Assembly: GCF_026210795.1 (NCBI RefSeq)
Contig: NC_089431.1
Coordinates: 2,418,001-2,482,000, forward strand
DNA from: Rhizophagus irregularis
Lineage: Eukaryota
Reading direction: 5' to 3'
DNA: 64,000 nt
Positions 24,279-39,962 of the stretch are shown piece by piece. The number at the start of each line of letters is the position of its first letter. The first letter of the stretch is position 1. The notes under the pieces are model-generated. The model worked only from the letters and a program-made list of their open reading frames with translations, searched no databases and was not told where the DNA came from. The translations under genes and the position numbers were made by a program.

Positions 24279-27200
24279 TTAAATTGTTTCATTAAACATA
24301 TTATCTATCTCTCTAATTAACCCATCCAAAAATGCTTGATCCGTACATTTAAGTTCAACCTTTATATTGAATTTAGCATTATCATTGCCCGATTCATCAA
24401 TAAAAAATTTTGCTAATCCTGCAATTTGATACCCTTGTACACTTTTACCATAAACAGTTATTGCGGAAGATACTACTTCAACTACATGTGTTCCAGTTGC
24501 TATAGTTGTTAATCTTATTGATTCGTCTTGAAACATTTGTTCAAAAGTACGATCACTTGGATTTAATTGAATTAGAGTTGTAGCAGAGAAAGGGAAACTT
24601 GATGTTTGTGAGACAGTTGTTTTAAATTGTTCTGGAGTAATTTTAGGAATATTAAGCATAAATATTGATAACGGTAATTCAAGTTTGATAGGTATATTGT
24701 GATTTGTCGGTTCTTCTTCATCCGATGACTAAAGGCATAAAAGTTAGAATTTTTTTTTTTTTGGATTAGCAAATATAAAGATTTTAAATTACCTGTGTTG
24801 AGTAAGCTAAATTTCCTGTTACGCTTAAACCCACACCTACTATTCCCAAAACTCTAAACTCAATAGTCATCTCTCTTTGTTCTTCACTTTGTAATTCACC
24901 CACTTCTAATAATGCATTATCAAATTGAATGTCCGATGTGGATTCAAAAGTAAATGATAATTCGGTTAAACTTTTATTTGATACATTGCTTCGAATAGTG
25001 AAATCAGCGATAAGAGTAGGTGGTTCATTTGTAATTTCAGTTGTTGTTCCTAAATGTAATATATAAGACTAAAAAAAGGGTTAAATTAACATTGAAAAGA
25101 TTTAAGGCACAGTAAAAAACTTCCGACTTGTTAGTTGCCAAATAAATCAATAAAAAAAACCTACAATATATAAATCGTCTGTATCTAACAAAGTCTTGGC
25201 TGTCGTTCTTTTGATTCCATTCGATTCACTCATATTTTGGATGTTTTCAGATGTTTCGGATATTTCTTGTTCAGAAACCAACTTCTTCTTTGATTTCTTG
25301 AACATTAAAGAAAAACAATAAATTAAAAAAAAAATTTTTTTATTATAGGCAATTTAAAAATTCACGATAAGATAAAATACCTTCTGACTAGTTTTCTTAC
25401 TCTTTTTCTTGGGGTTTGTTTCTTCTGTATTCTTTTTCTTTGAAACCTTCTTCTTTTTATTAGGTTCCTCCTCCTTAGTTTTTGATACAGACTTTGATGA
25501 TGTCTTTGTTGTAGTTTTTGAAGAACCAGATTTTGACTTGGGTTTTTCACTCTGAAAAAATTAACTTATAACTCAATCTATATATTTTTTTTCAAGTAGA
25601 TATTTTATTTCTTACCTTGTTTTTATTAAAACGAGCTTCTTCCGCCATTTTAGCTCTTCTTTCTTCTAATAATTTTCTCGATCTCTCCTCCTCTCTTCTC
25701 CTTACTTCTTCGGGACTTAAATAAATCGCCATTTGTGGGAAATGTTCATCCTCTCTTAAGGGAGTCGATAAATCAACACTAGATACACCAGAATAATCAA
25801 GATCTAGAATACCCTTATTTTTTTCCGACATATTCCAAGTTGATTGACGAATATTATTACTCTTAGAATCTTTTTCATCATCAGATAAAGTAGCATTCTC
25901 TGGCATTTCACCAACGTCAGTATAAATAACCGGAGGTATTGATGGTGGTGAAGGCGATCGTCGATTCTCTTTTTTGCTTCCTTTTGACTTTCTCGATTTT
26001 CCAGAATATCTTTTTGCTAAAAAAAATAGAACCAAAAATTTAATACAATAAGTTGATATACAAACTAAAAAGAAAAAGAAAAATATGTAACGAATGTCTA
26101 ACATTTGAAATCGAAATCATCCATAGTTAAACGAACCACCGGTATTGAATCTACATCAATTTCTTCGGTTTTACGTGAAGATAATCCATCAGATCTTCCA
26201 TCAGATCTTGATCTTTTTAATGGACTTTTATCATCAACATTAATATAATATGGATCATTCTTGATACGTTCTCTTCGTTCGTTGCGACGCTACAATTTAT
26301 AATGAGGTATGATGTATAAAATAATATTTAATATCAAAAAGAATTGTATTAATCGTGTTACATACTTTTTCACGAATTTCTTCATTATCTTCACTTTCAT
26401 ATCCATTTTTCCTTCCATTTTTTCTTCTTCTTCTTCTACCGACAGTGGCACCATTGCCATCTGAAAATATTAAATCTCCACTTCCACCAAATGTTTGACC
26501 ATAACCATATCCATAACTTTCCTCCTCTTCTTCACTCTCATTATTTTCTGATTCAGGTAATGGTTCATTAATCCAAGCGTCTAAATCAAGTCCCTCCGGT
26601 ACAGGAACTTTCTTTTGCGCTTTAGGAGCGACAGGATTAAGCTCAAAAGAGAAGAAAAGAGGTGAAATCTCAGTAATTATTGCAGGGGCTTTCTGGGAAG
26701 AATAACCATTTTCTTTTAAATCATTCTCTTCATTAATCAAATTTTGATGGATAATAGAAAATATTTCGCGTGTATTATATGCCTAATAAATAATGATAGC
26801 ATGAACTAATATTTTAGGTATCAATGAGATTTAAAGAAATAAATTTATCTTATTACACATAATTAATATTGAAAATTAATATACCCTTTCTTGCACCTCC
26901 AAATCTGTACAAGAACTAAACATTCCAATTTTATCCTTCAATTTAGCAGTTATCTGTATTAATTCTTGTTTAGCATCATCATCCCAATTGTAAACAAGAC
27001 TATTTGCCCAATATGCATAGATTTTCAAGACCGCGTGAACATACACAGCTTGAACATTATGCGAAAGCTTGGTAACGCCAGGTTGAACAAGAAATTCTAT
27101 TGTCTCGATCGGCTTTTCCAAATAACTATAAATAAATAAATCGTTAAATAAAAAGTGTTGCAATTATTTATAATATAAGTTATATAATAAACCTGCAATA

Positions 27201-29301
27201 TTCTCCAGAGATCCATGCCGCGGCGTAAAGTACTTCGGCATTTGAATCCGGTAGCTTACAATTTTCTAAAAGATTTGCATCCGAAATCAATCGTTGCTAA
27301 AGAATAAATAAATTATTAATATAATTAAATTTTTTAATTAAATAAATATAAATCCTACTAAAACTACCTACCATAGTCTTAACACAATATTGTCGTACAC
27401 TTTTAACACGAACACCAACATCCATTATTTGTTGAGTTAATATTTCACCAACCTTTACTCCACTTACGTAAGTCAAATCAACCAAGACAGCAATGTACCA
27501 TTCAAAATTCGTGATATTACTATAAGAATTTTGTGAGCATATGTATATTACACGATTTATAATATCAGACCGGTAAGCGGGTTCAAGTAGTGTTGATGGA
27601 GGTGGATAACTTGTTGTGGGATCAGAATTACTTGATGGTAAAAGGTGAGACATTAGACGTTTGACAATGTCCGTACAATTTTTTTTGTTAACCTTTTTAA
27701 TATAGAAATAATAAGTAAGTAAACATTATATAAACATAAATGATTTTCCAAATTATTTCTTACCATGCCAACAACTAAATCTAAAGCGCGTAATCTAATA
27801 CTAATATCAGGATCATCAATACATTTTAAAATGATATCTTTATGTTCTGAAACTAATTTTGGATGAGTTGGCAGAATTTTAGCTAATGCCAAAAGTCCAA
27901 CATATTTCACTTGACAGAACAAAGTAAAACAAAATTTAGAATTTAATAATTCTATCACACAAAATAATAACACATATTGTTATATATATACATACGGTTT
28001 TGATCTGTATCCTCCAGAAATATTCTCAACTTATTTACACACATAGCAGCCAATGAATCGGAATTTCCACCCAAATTCAGCATTCCACCCGTTATGACTG
28101 TATGTATACATTCGTATAACAGTGACATGGCATGTGTTGTCTGGATATGTTGTGTAATTGGTGGTAATAATTTTTTTGCGAGTCTAGGTTCAAGTGGGGT
28201 TAATGCTCCAAACTGAAAAAAATTTTGTATTTATTTATATTGTTGAATAATTGTTGAATACATAAATTAAAATGTTATTTAAAATCTTCGATATATTACC
28301 AATTTAATAATCTTAATAAGCATCCAATTATTTGTCGATGTATTTAATATACTGAACAATTGTGGAGCAAGTGATAAATAATTTTTTGGATTCTTCCTTG
28401 CCAATTCACATATTACATTTACAACAGCACATGCAACCGCTTTGAAGTATAATAAATAAAAAAAATAATAATTATTAATAATTTTAAAATCATACAAAAT
28501 ATCAAATTCAACATACATGGATCAGGATCATCTAGTTTCTCTTTTAATCTTGGAAAACTTAATCTCAGAGCTTCGGGAAATTTAAGGAAAAGTTTATATA
28601 AAACGAGAACAACTTTCTTCCTCACATAAGGACGAGAATGGTTAAGCATTGAAACCAAATCTTGACATAAATCACGAGCAAGGTCTGGTGTTACTATATG
28701 AGCTAAGCCATTAAGTGCAACTCCTACTTCAAGATGATTTCCTGAAGCAAGATCCTATTAAATTAAACACATTATTTACTAAGCTTATTTTCGATCATTA
28801 AAAAACAATAAATTTTTTACCTTTTTCAAAAGATTTGTTGTTAACATTAACACATCAGTATCCTGTCGAAATGATTGTGTAGCAGCTAAGTATCCTATTC
28901 GTTTCTGAAGGAATTTTGCCGAGGACATAACTTCAACAACATGAAATGACGCCCAAGACATATCATATCCGAGCATTTGAAGCTACAGGCAGAAATCAAG
29001 AAATAACTTAGTATGTTTAATAAGCTATGAGCAAAGAATTCTTGATTTAAAAAACTTTTTTCTTTTAAATCAAAAACATGCTCACGAAAAAAAACTTTAA
29101 TTCACGAGTTTAACGAACTCACTATGACAACTTGACCGAACGTACATAAGTTAACTTCGAAATAGCTACTGCTTTTACGTCAGGGTCATTACTTTTAACC
29201 TCTTGACGAATTTCTTGTAGGCAAGCAGCAATATATTTTTGCTCATTTTTCTTATTAGTGCGAATACCGCGAATTAAGTCTGTTAATGTCTTTTCAAACA
29301 T
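24279..29301 (-). CDS. APL5: AP-3 adaptor complex delta subunit; multi-exon
   Basis: MFEKTLTDLIRGIR...LGYDMSWASFHVVEVMSS...KRIGYLAA...AVVNVICELARKNPKNYLSLAP...NNWMLIKIIK...DLEVQER...ELNPVAPKAQKKVPVPEGLDLDAWIN. Confidence 0.95.
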
Positions 29302-29589
29302 TTCAAGGTTAAAAAAAGGATAACTAATCAATTACACCATCTAATAACTTTTTTCCATTTTGCCAATCAGGACTTAAATCTTGGATCATTTATTTGTCAC
29401 ATTCCTGTATTGTGATAATTAATGCAGTTCGCGGTTAATCATTAACATCAGGGATGAATGGTGTAACATTCAAACGGGCATGATCCTGCATAAAAGTTTT
29501 TTCGCAGATCTTTCCTCCTCGATATCTTTTTAATTATAAAATTATAATCCTTTGGTTGATAAATTAAAGCCTTCACGTAAATTTAAATT

Positions 29590-30161
29590 ATGTCAACAGT
29601 CTTAATAGGAAAAATACTGGGATGGATAGGCTTTATTACACTTATTCATTCCACATATTCTACTTATGAACGTATGTTTTTTAAAAACGAGATCTTTTAT
29701 TAAAACAAACTGGAGAAATCATTAAATTAATCTATGTTTTTTTTAGATCTGTCGTATCTAAAAGCTGTTGAAAAGGCAAATGATATGCCAATTGAGGTAT
29801 TTTTGCATAGTGTTTTATAATAAGCATTTATTTAAATCTCGATTAAAAATTAATTTTTATTTATCAAATAGATTACAGTCGAATGTCTTTTTTCTGTAAT
29901 AATCTTTGCAATTAGTGTAATATTAGTAGCGGGTCCTTTAAAACCAATATTAATGAAAAGCGAAATGGTGAAAAAGTAATTAGACTTTGATTTATAACTT
30001 TTTTATATATTTTTATTATATTGATTATTAACTAATTTTTTTAAAAAAATACTATTTTATTTTCTCTCAAAAGGTCCATTGACAAAGTTGATACGCGCCC
30101 TTCCTTCAATACTTTTAATCATCGAGGTAGGATAATTAAATCATCATTGGATATAAAATAA
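29590..30161 (+). CDS. EMC5: ER membrane protein complex subunit 5 / MMgT family; 4 exons
   Basis: MSTVLIGKILGWIGFITLIHSTYSTYE|HLSYLK...MPIE|ITVECLFS...LKPI...|DTRPSFNTFNHRG. It has two hydrophobic segments and the family RPxF..FNHR motif. Absent from the ORF track because the exons are short. Confidence 0.88.
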
Positions 30162-30340
30162 TATTTACTATAATCTTTTCTCTTAATAAAATTTTTGAAG
30201 ATAAATTTTTATGTATGAACATTAATAATTAGCGATAATTGTTTTTGTTACAAGAGATAGGATTGAGTTATTTAAATAATTAAAAAAACTAAAAAGAAAA
30301 AAAGAAAAAGAAAGTAATCAAACCTAATAAATAAAAAATA

Positions 30341-31354
30341 CTATTCATCTGAACTACTACTTCCATGTTTAAGAAATTCTGATAACCGCACAGGAGTATC
30401 TCCTCTATGCTCTTCATGAATCTTATGTTTATTCTTGTGTTTCTTTTAATAAAATAAACAAGATTAATATTATTAAAAATTTTAAAATTTAAGAAAAAAA
30501 ACCAACCTTATGAGAATGCCGATGATGATGATGATGGTGGCGATGATGATGCTTCTTATCTTCATCGGCCATTTTATCTTCAGAATCTGCTGCAGATTCA
30601 TAAGCACCTGATTCTATGCTACTACTCTTACGTTTTAAGCGTTTATCATGTTTTTTCCGATCATGGTGTTTATGCTAATTATTAAATAAAACCCATGCGA
30701 GAAAAGCTTCGTTAGAATTATGAACTAAGAAATGGCCTACAAATTTTCTTACGAGAATGAAAAAACTTTTTTTTGATAACAACCTTCTCTGCACGCTCGC
30801 CTCTAACTTTTTCATCTGTTCGATGTTGATTACGCTTCTCATAATTTTCATCATCTTCATCGCTTCTATAATATTCATCTTCACTAAAATTTCTTCTTTC
30901 GACGGGACTTCTAGTAGGACTTTCTTCACTTTTACTTCGTCTTCTTTTATGATCACGATCACGATTACGATCACGAGAGGAAGAACGATGACGATAATGA
31001 TTATGTTTTTTTCTTTTCTTTTTATTTAAAGAACTACCTAATCCTTTTAGTTTGGCTTCTCTTTCTTCATCCAATTTTTTTCGATATTTAGCTAGGTCAT
31101 ATTCCGAAAATTGTGGACCATCAACTTCTGATTTTAATTTACGAAATTCGTCCCTCGAAGAAAAGAAAAATTAAAATAGCAAACCAACAATATAAGGCAA
31201 GATTGGGTTGCAATAAGGGACACAGAATGAGTAACTTAATGAAAAATTGTTTTATTGGAAAAAAGAGAAACATGGATTGTTACCATGTCATTCCTCCTTT
31301 TTTGCGAGCATCAATGTATTCGCGTATTGTTCCACCTCGTTCATTGTTTGCCAT
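30341..31354 (-). CDS. FAM133-like basic Lys/Arg/Ser-rich protein; multi-exon
   Basis: MANNERGGTIREYIDARKKGGMT|WDEFRK...YRKKLDEEREAKL resembles the FAM133 N-terminus (TIxxY...TWEE...ELE..REKLL). Followed by K/R/H/S-rich exons and ends PVRLSEFLKHGSSSSDE*. Confidence 0.65.
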
Positions 31355-32543
31355 ATTCCATATGGTTATAAAAAAAAAATCACAATAGACGATGGGAGAA
31401 AAACCGTTGATTTTCCAAACACATGATCATGGAATATCAAAGAATATCTGATTTGCGAAATGTTTTGCGGGCCGTGCAATTGTGCATGATGTTACTTTGT
31501 TAATGCGATTTTATTGGTCAGTTAAATTAAAATAATTTAAAAGGTACAGCATTTTAATTATGAAAAATGTAATTTTATATAATGTAACAAAACAACAATG
31601 GAAATAAAAGTTTTTTTATAATACAAAAAATAAATAAAGCAATGATTATTAAAGAAAAAGAGAGGAATACTACTGTTTCTGAATTTATATAGGATCACAT
31701 TTACGATCATAATTTAGAGGATAAGGGAATATATGCATGAAATTAACTATCGTAGTTGAACAAGATCTAATACCTCTTGCTCTTAAAGAGATAAGAGGAA
31801 AGAGAATAACTAAATAACTGAATAATGAAAGATGAATAGAATCATGTTAAAAACTTACAACAATATAATGTGAAGGGGTATACCGTAAGAAGAAAAAGCA
31901 TAATACTATAAAACCCATAAGAAATAACAAACCAATTAATACAAAAAAATAAAAAATATGAATAAATAAGTAAAATGTCAATATATATATAAAATTAGGA
32001 GCAAGAGGAAAAGTTAGCATAATAATTAAACTACATAATATAATGATGCATGATTATAAAGGATTTGGATCAAACACGGTAATAATGTTATGAAATGGTC
32101 CTTTTTTTATCGCAATTTTCTAAAAACCAATTCTATTATTTTTTTTTTCAAATAAAAAGAAAATTTGCATCAAAAAGATCTATTAAATAATAACATATAA
32201 TAATTCAAATATAAATATATATTATTTTTCCTTTATATTTTATACAATGTAATATTAAAAGAGAGGTACATTGCCTTTCCGGAAGGAACGTAACTCACAT
32301 GTAAAAGTAAAAAATTTTTTTTTGAAGGGGGACTGGAGGAGTTACGACCTTTTTGAAAGGATGCACCCTCCCTTTATGACCAATTCCCTGATGTCATTAC
32401 TAGTAAAGAAGATACAATAATATTGAGCTTATGCAAGAGAGAATGTGTAATACAATATAAAATGTTGTTGGTGAAGAAAAAATTAAAAAAAATATTATTA
32501 ATAAACCCATTGAACTAATATATTACCAAACGGGACTTTTTTT

Positions 32544-32916
32544 TTACATAATTATACAAGTACAGCCACCGCAACCACCACCGGATGGTGCGTAAGGATC
32601 ATCTCGTTTATCAACTGGTCCCCAAACAGATGGTACTAGGAAGTCCCTAGTATTCTTACAATATCGGATTAAACTACGTTCCAGTGGGCGATAAATTAAA
32701 ACGATTAGTTACGAAATAATTGATATATGTTCCATCCCCGCTAATACTATCTCGAAGCAATTCAATTATACCTCCACCCAGATAATTATCCTACCTAGTA
32801 CTAGCTTCACTAACTCGTACTCGGGGACGATCTAGATCCTCACGAAGTCTTTGATTAAGTTCCACCAGCCGGCGATATTTCGTTTCTTGCATTCCAATCT
32901 GTTTATGTCTATGCAT
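32544..32916 (-). CDS. Heterotrimeric G-protein gamma subunit (GGL domain, Ste18/Gpg-like); 2 coding exons
   Basis: [83 protein letters not shown], ending in CAAX box CIIM. The start could alternatively be the ATG at 32892. Confidence 0.92.
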
Positions 32917-34320
32917 TATATGTATTTATTTATATGTAGACGGTGTATGTTATGGTATAAGGGGTAATGGTATAATTGATATTATCGAATTTAATGTCTA
33001 TAAACCATTAAAGAAAAAAAATGTATTGTTAATATGAGTGAAGTATAAAAGTCTATAATAATAAAGATTCCAAAGAATAAATTATCTCTTGATCGTAATG
33101 AAAGATGTAGAGATCTAACGGAAAACCCTGTGTAACATATACTTTGCGAAATAGAAAAGATTTAAACAAGTTTAATAAAGATAATTAAAGTAGAAATAAA
33201 ACTAACCAATCTTTTTTTTTATTTCACTTTCAAATACTTTTAATAAGATTATGGTCCAACAACAACAAAAAAATTTTAAAGTTTATGAAAAAATAAACAA
33301 TCCTTTTAATTATTCTTTTAGTTTTAAATAAGATCTAAATTGCTGTATATCTTCTTTAAAGGAGAAAAAACTCACCAGGAAGGAATGTGGTAGGCCGTGG
33401 AAAATAAAGAAAGCAAGAAAACAAAAAAAAGTACGAAAGTAGGGTTTACAATACAAACAAGATTTTGGATTGACAGCAAAAAATGACCACTAATTTCCGG
33501 TGGTTCAATCAATATGGGTTGGACCATTTTAAAAAGCTATACAATTGCAGTTATATCAGCACTCGTATTACCATGGTGTAATTCAAAATTTTGTGTTCTC
33601 CTTATTAAGAATTGTTCATCGGAGTTCAATTGTGTCACAACGAATAGGCAAGTTTATAAGTGGTTCGTTTGTTTATTATGTTACAAAGAACTACAACTAC
33701 AACCTAGTACTAATAAAGTGACAAACAAATCTATTCTTTTAAATTCCAAATGAGGAATTCCACATGTAAAAAAATCCGCGGGAATAATTCCCGGATGTGC
33801 AATTAAATATATATCTTTTTTGTTAATGAAATAATGAATTTTTGACTTAAAAAATAATGAATGAAGATAATGAAAAAATCAAGATATACAAACAAAACAA
33901 GATTTGCGAGACCCTAATTACAAATTTTTATTAGTTTAAAATTATAAAAAGCAAAACTAGAAGTATTATTAGTTTTAATATTTATAATATAAATATTTAG
34001 GTGATAGTATAATAGTGACCGACCGAGCACATAAGGTATTATGTAATTTACGCAATTTGAAAGGTCTCACTAATCAACCTTCAATAGGTTCCCAAGAGAG
34101 AAAATTTTCCGAAAGAGACGCGACTTTTGTGTTTTTTAACGATTGTCATGTGATTTTAAAAAACTAATCATCGATTAAAGATAATCAAAATAAGATTTAA
34201 TTTGACGCCAATATGCGCACAGAATGAAAATGGTACTACTTAAAACACCCTGAATTCAAAAAATTCTTAAGTTCCAACTTTTGTTCTTCCTTTTCATTTA
34301 ACGTTTTATAATAGTTCATA

Positions 34321-35268
34321 ATGTCACAATCTAAACCAAGTTCAAATGAGGGTGAAAGTAGTGGAAATGAATCTGCTATTCGTGTTACAATACCAAAAGT
34401 ATATAAGTATCTGACAATAGTTCAAACAGGAACTGCCGTAGTTTTTGGCACTTTTCTTGTAACTCATTTGAGTGCACCAGCCTTATCTGTTATCGGCGGT
34501 ATAGATTTAACAAATAAAACGATTGTATTTGGTAGAGTTTATTATCAAAATAAATTCCTAGAACCAATAGTAGTATTTGGAGCATTAATCGGACATGTAG
34601 CTGCTGGTATAGCAAAACGTAGTATTAAAATTTATTGGAAATATAAAAAACAAGATGCAATATTTCTTACAGGAGAAATTCATGAAAAAGTCGAAAGAAT
34701 GACTACGGACGAAACGGATGAACGAGGAGTAGTTGTAAGACAAAAAATCAAGACTAAAACTACAAGAACCATCTCTGGTTCTTATATAACAAAAGCGTTG
34801 AGTTCGTTACTTCCAAGCCATCATACAATTGGTTATATCTTAATTCCTTTTGTATTTGGTCATTCTTATGTTAACCGTATTTTACCTAAACGTCATTTTG
34901 GTGATTCTTCTTTAATTAATGCTACTTATATTACACTTTGTCTTCGAAAATGGCCACGCTCTTCATATTTTGTTTTATCTGCTTTAATTGGTCTAACTGC
35001 TTATCATGTTACTAGTGGTGCCCCAGTTGCTTACAAAATATTGAGGGGTTGTTTGTCCAAGAAAAATGGCGAAAAACTTCAACCTGATTCTGTAAAAAAG
35101 AAAGACCGTCTTTTAAGAAATGGGTTGATTATCACATCAGTTGGTATATTAACTGCTGGATTACTTGTCATTGGTGGAAAATTTGGCAAGGATCCTAGAA
35201 TTCCTTTACGTACTGAATATTTGAAAGTTTATGGTCAAATATATCCACAAAGTTGGGTAAGATATTAG
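34321..35268 (+). CDS. MCP1: Mitochondrial outer-membrane protein Mcp1-like (DUF1691), intronless
   Basis: Multi-TM protein with conserved His positions: FLVTHL, GRVYYQ..LEP...GHV, HHTIGY...FGHSYVNR, AYHVTSG. Confidence 0.75.
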   Translation: MSQSKPSSNEGESSGNESAIRVTIPKVYKYLTIVQTGTAVVFGTFLVTHLSAPALSVIGGIDLTNKTIVFGRVYYQNKFLEPIVVFGALIGHVAAGIAKRSIKIYWKYKKQDAIFLTGEIHEKVERMTTDETDERGVVVRQKIKTKTTRTISGSYITKALSSLLPSHHTIGYILIPFVFGHSYVNRILPKRHFGDSSLINATYITLCLRKWPRSSYFVLSALIGLTAYHVTSGAPVAYKILRGCLSKKNGEKLQPDSVKKKDRLLRNGLIITSVGILTAGLLVIGGKFGKDPRIPLRTEYLKVYGQIYPQSWVRY

Positions 35269-35678
35269 ATCATATGTTCTTAAAATAATAATAATATTCT
35301 ATTTGTCATTATATATAAATAAATTATTACAGTACTATTAATTATTATATTGATGATGTAATGAATAATTCCTAAAGAATTTGTATAATAAAGTTTAATT
35401 AAATAATCCTTTCAGCTTCATAAAATAACATTAACCGAAGAAAATAATTCAAGTTAATTATTTTTCCAAAAAAAAAGAAAGAAAAAAAAATAGAAAAAAA
35501 TTTATTTTCTTTAAAAATATTAAACTGTTCTTTACACATAATATTTCTTAATTAGCAAAATAAATGATATTAAAAGTTTTTTAAAGAGGAATTAAAAGTT
35601 TTTTCGTATGTATGATATTAAGGGAAATAGTACCGTTTAGCCTAACGGCATTGATTATAGTAATAAGACAATTATGCT

Positions 35679-36743
<1,065 letters not shown>

Positions 36744-37699
36744 ATTTACTATAAGACTTTTCAAATCAAAAAAATTCGAAATTTATTAAGTCTCGTTCAT
36801 TAAAATAGGGAGTTTTAAAGTTCAAAAAAAAAATGTCATATGAAGTAATAGGGAGGTAACAGACACTTGTCAATTTGTAATGGGATATTCACATGTAATT
36901 TATTAAAATTTGATCTACTGACGATCAATCGAAAATTATGATAACATATCATTTAATGGCGCAAATTTCGTGGTTAAAAAACATACTTTTTTTTCGCCTA
37001 TATGATCTGACTGGAAAGGACCATATACTCCTAAAATAGATAAAACCAGATAAATAGTATATTTAATTGGCCAAACGTGTGAAAAATAACACATTACCTC
37101 TCTGTTAGTAAGAATATATTTGACAAGATTTGAAATGATTTTAGAGATATCCATTGTTTTAGAGATCGTTTCAATAAATTGAGAAAATAAATAAAGGAAA
37201 AAATTAACAGTTTATATAAAAAAATCCAAATTACTAAAATTAAAATTAGAAATTCAAAATCACTAAACAAATTAACTCACCAACTTAATCAACTCTCTGG
37301 CTAACCGTAAAGATTTAGTATCAATAAATTACAAATCAAAATAAAATTATATTTAATTATAAATTAAAAATCAATGAAAAAAAATTCACTAAATAAAGTA
37401 ACTCGTCCAAACATAATTAACTTGATCATCTCTCTGATAACTAACCTCAACTCTCAACTCTCTGCTAACCGCAAAGATCTTGTATTAATTATTAAAATTA
37501 ATAAAAATTATATTTAATGAGTGATTTTAACACTCACCGGTGGTGAAATTCACCCAAGGTAAAGTTCACCTATATTACATAATTTATTAAATTTAATAAT
37601 TTTTTATTAATAAAAATATTTATATAAAATATATAGTTTAAATGTAATAATATATTATACAATAATTCATAAGTTAGTATTATTATAAAAAATGGAATA

Positions 37700-38598
37700 A
37701 ATCCTACAAGTATTAAGTAGATTTTATACTGCTAAACAACTTTCAATTAATAAAGGAAGTAAATTTCATTTGACTAAAGTGGTGAAATTATGCTCTAAAG
37801 TTAGTAAATGGAAAAAAGAAAAATTCAAAAGTTAGTACCATGATGAAAAACATAGATTTCTCCATATGTATTATACCTATATGGCTATACCATAAAAATT
37901 AATATACAAGTAGTTTTGACCTTGCTGAACAATTTTCAATTAAGTTAGAAAGTCGATTTCATTTGACTAAAGTGGTGAAATTACACACTGAAGTTAATAA
38001 ACAAAAAAAAAAATTCAAAAGTTAGTACCGTTATAAAAAATGTAGATTTCTCTATATGTATTATACCTACACCCATTAAAATTAATATACAAGTAGTTTC
38101 GACCTTACTGAATAATTTTCAATTAATTTAGAAAGTCGATTTCATTTGACTAAAGTGGTGAAATTACGTGCTGAAGTTAATAAACAGAAAAAAAAACTTG
38201 AAAGTTAGTACCATTATGAAAAATGTAGATTTCTCCATATATATTATACCTACACCCATAAAAATTAATATATAAGTAATTTTGACCTTGCTAAACAATT
38301 TTTATTAATTTAGAAAGTTGATTTCATTTGACTAAAGTGGTGAAATTATGCTCTAAAGTTAGTAAACAGAAAAAAATTTTGAAAGTTAGTACCATTATAA
38401 AAAATGTTGATTTCTCCATATATATTATACCTATACCCATAAAAATTAATATACAAGTAGTTTCGACTTTGCTGAACAATTTTCAATTAATTTAGAAAGT
38501 CAATTTCATTTGACTAAAGTAGTGAAATTACACTTTGAAGTTAATAAATGAAAAAACAATTTTGAAAGTTAGTACCATTATGAAAAATATGGGTTTCT
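37700..38598. repeat. ~182-bp tandem array, ~5 copies
   Basis: Anchor catttgactaaagt recurs at 37767, 37960, 38143, 38325 and 38507. Confidence 0.9.
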
Positions 38599-39554
38599 TT
38601 ATAGGCAAAATGTAGTTGGCAACCTCAGTCACTATGGTGACCCCTAACTGATTAGCCAATAAAATTGATATAATACAAACAAAGTGTAACACGTGTAATA
38701 AATCACAATAAATATTGCTTGTAAATACATGTAATATATGACAGTTTGTAAATATCACGTCTTGTCATACATTTTATCATGCGCATCCTTTTTTTGTGTA
38801 CCAGGTTTGTGGCAAAATGTGTAGCGCAGCTGTGCTACACCTCACACTGCCAACAATTCACATGACATAACCATCTCTTTTTCACCATCTCTTTCCTTTA
38901 CATCTTGTTTTACTTTTTTATGAAGCTTTTGAAGCGCAATACATAAACCACATAGTTCAGAATATATATTTTTTATTTAAATTTTTTGTTTAGTTAATTA
39001 AATAACAAATAGTTTATTTCTAAAAGTATAGAAAACAATAATAACATAAGCTTTATCAAATTATATTATTATTGTATTAATTATTACATATCAATCAGTG
39101 AAAATTTCATTTCTCTCGTAATTATTAATAAATAATGATTTTTTATAATTTATATAACATAATTTTTTTTAAGTTGTATATTATAAAAACTTTATATATT
39201 TTGTTCTTTGGGGTCTATTTTACTTATTTAAATACTTTTTTTTATTAATATAATACTTATATAAAAAATTTATATTAAGCTAACTTTTATAATTTCAACC
39301 TTCAGATGCAACTTATTAGTAAAAGATAAGTATTATTTTTAAATATATAAATATATGTAATTTTTTATGAGGAATCAGGTTACTTAAGAAATAAAGCAGG
39401 TTTCTTAATAAATTTTATGGTAAATTCAAAATTTATGATTTTTGCAAAAATTAACCAATATTAAACTTAAAAAGTTTACATAAATAATTACCAATTTTTT
39501 TGTGTAAATATAATTTTAATTGCAAATTACATATTATAGTAAAATAATATTTTA

Positions 39555-39962
39555 TATATTTATAACATTTATTAAATTTTATGATTTGACTAATTTTAAA
39601 AAGTCATTAATAGTAAAAGTATTTCAATAATCATCCAATTTTAATAAAATTTAATATATGATCACTTTTAAAGGTTATAAAACAGTATGCAAAATTTTAG
39701 TAGATATTATTATATAAAATATTTCAAAATATCAATCAGTATTTTACATATTAACTAAATGATCTGCATTTTTGTGTAACAGTAAATTTATTCAACGATT
39801 CTATAAATAACATATTCTCAAATTTTACATACTATTTTATAACCTTTTGAAATAATTGTACATTAAATTTTATTAAAATTGGATGATTATTGAAATACTT
39901 TTACTATTATCAACTTTTTAAAATTAGTCAAATTATAAAATTTGATAAATATTGTAAATATA
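39555..39962. mobile_element. AT-rich foldback/MITE with ~160-bp inverted arms
   Basis: tttgactaattttaaaaag...aatagtaaaagtatttcaataatcatccaattttaataaaatttaat pairs with attaaattttattaaaattggatgattattgaaatacttttactatt...ctttttaaaattagtcaaa. Confidence 0.7.
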
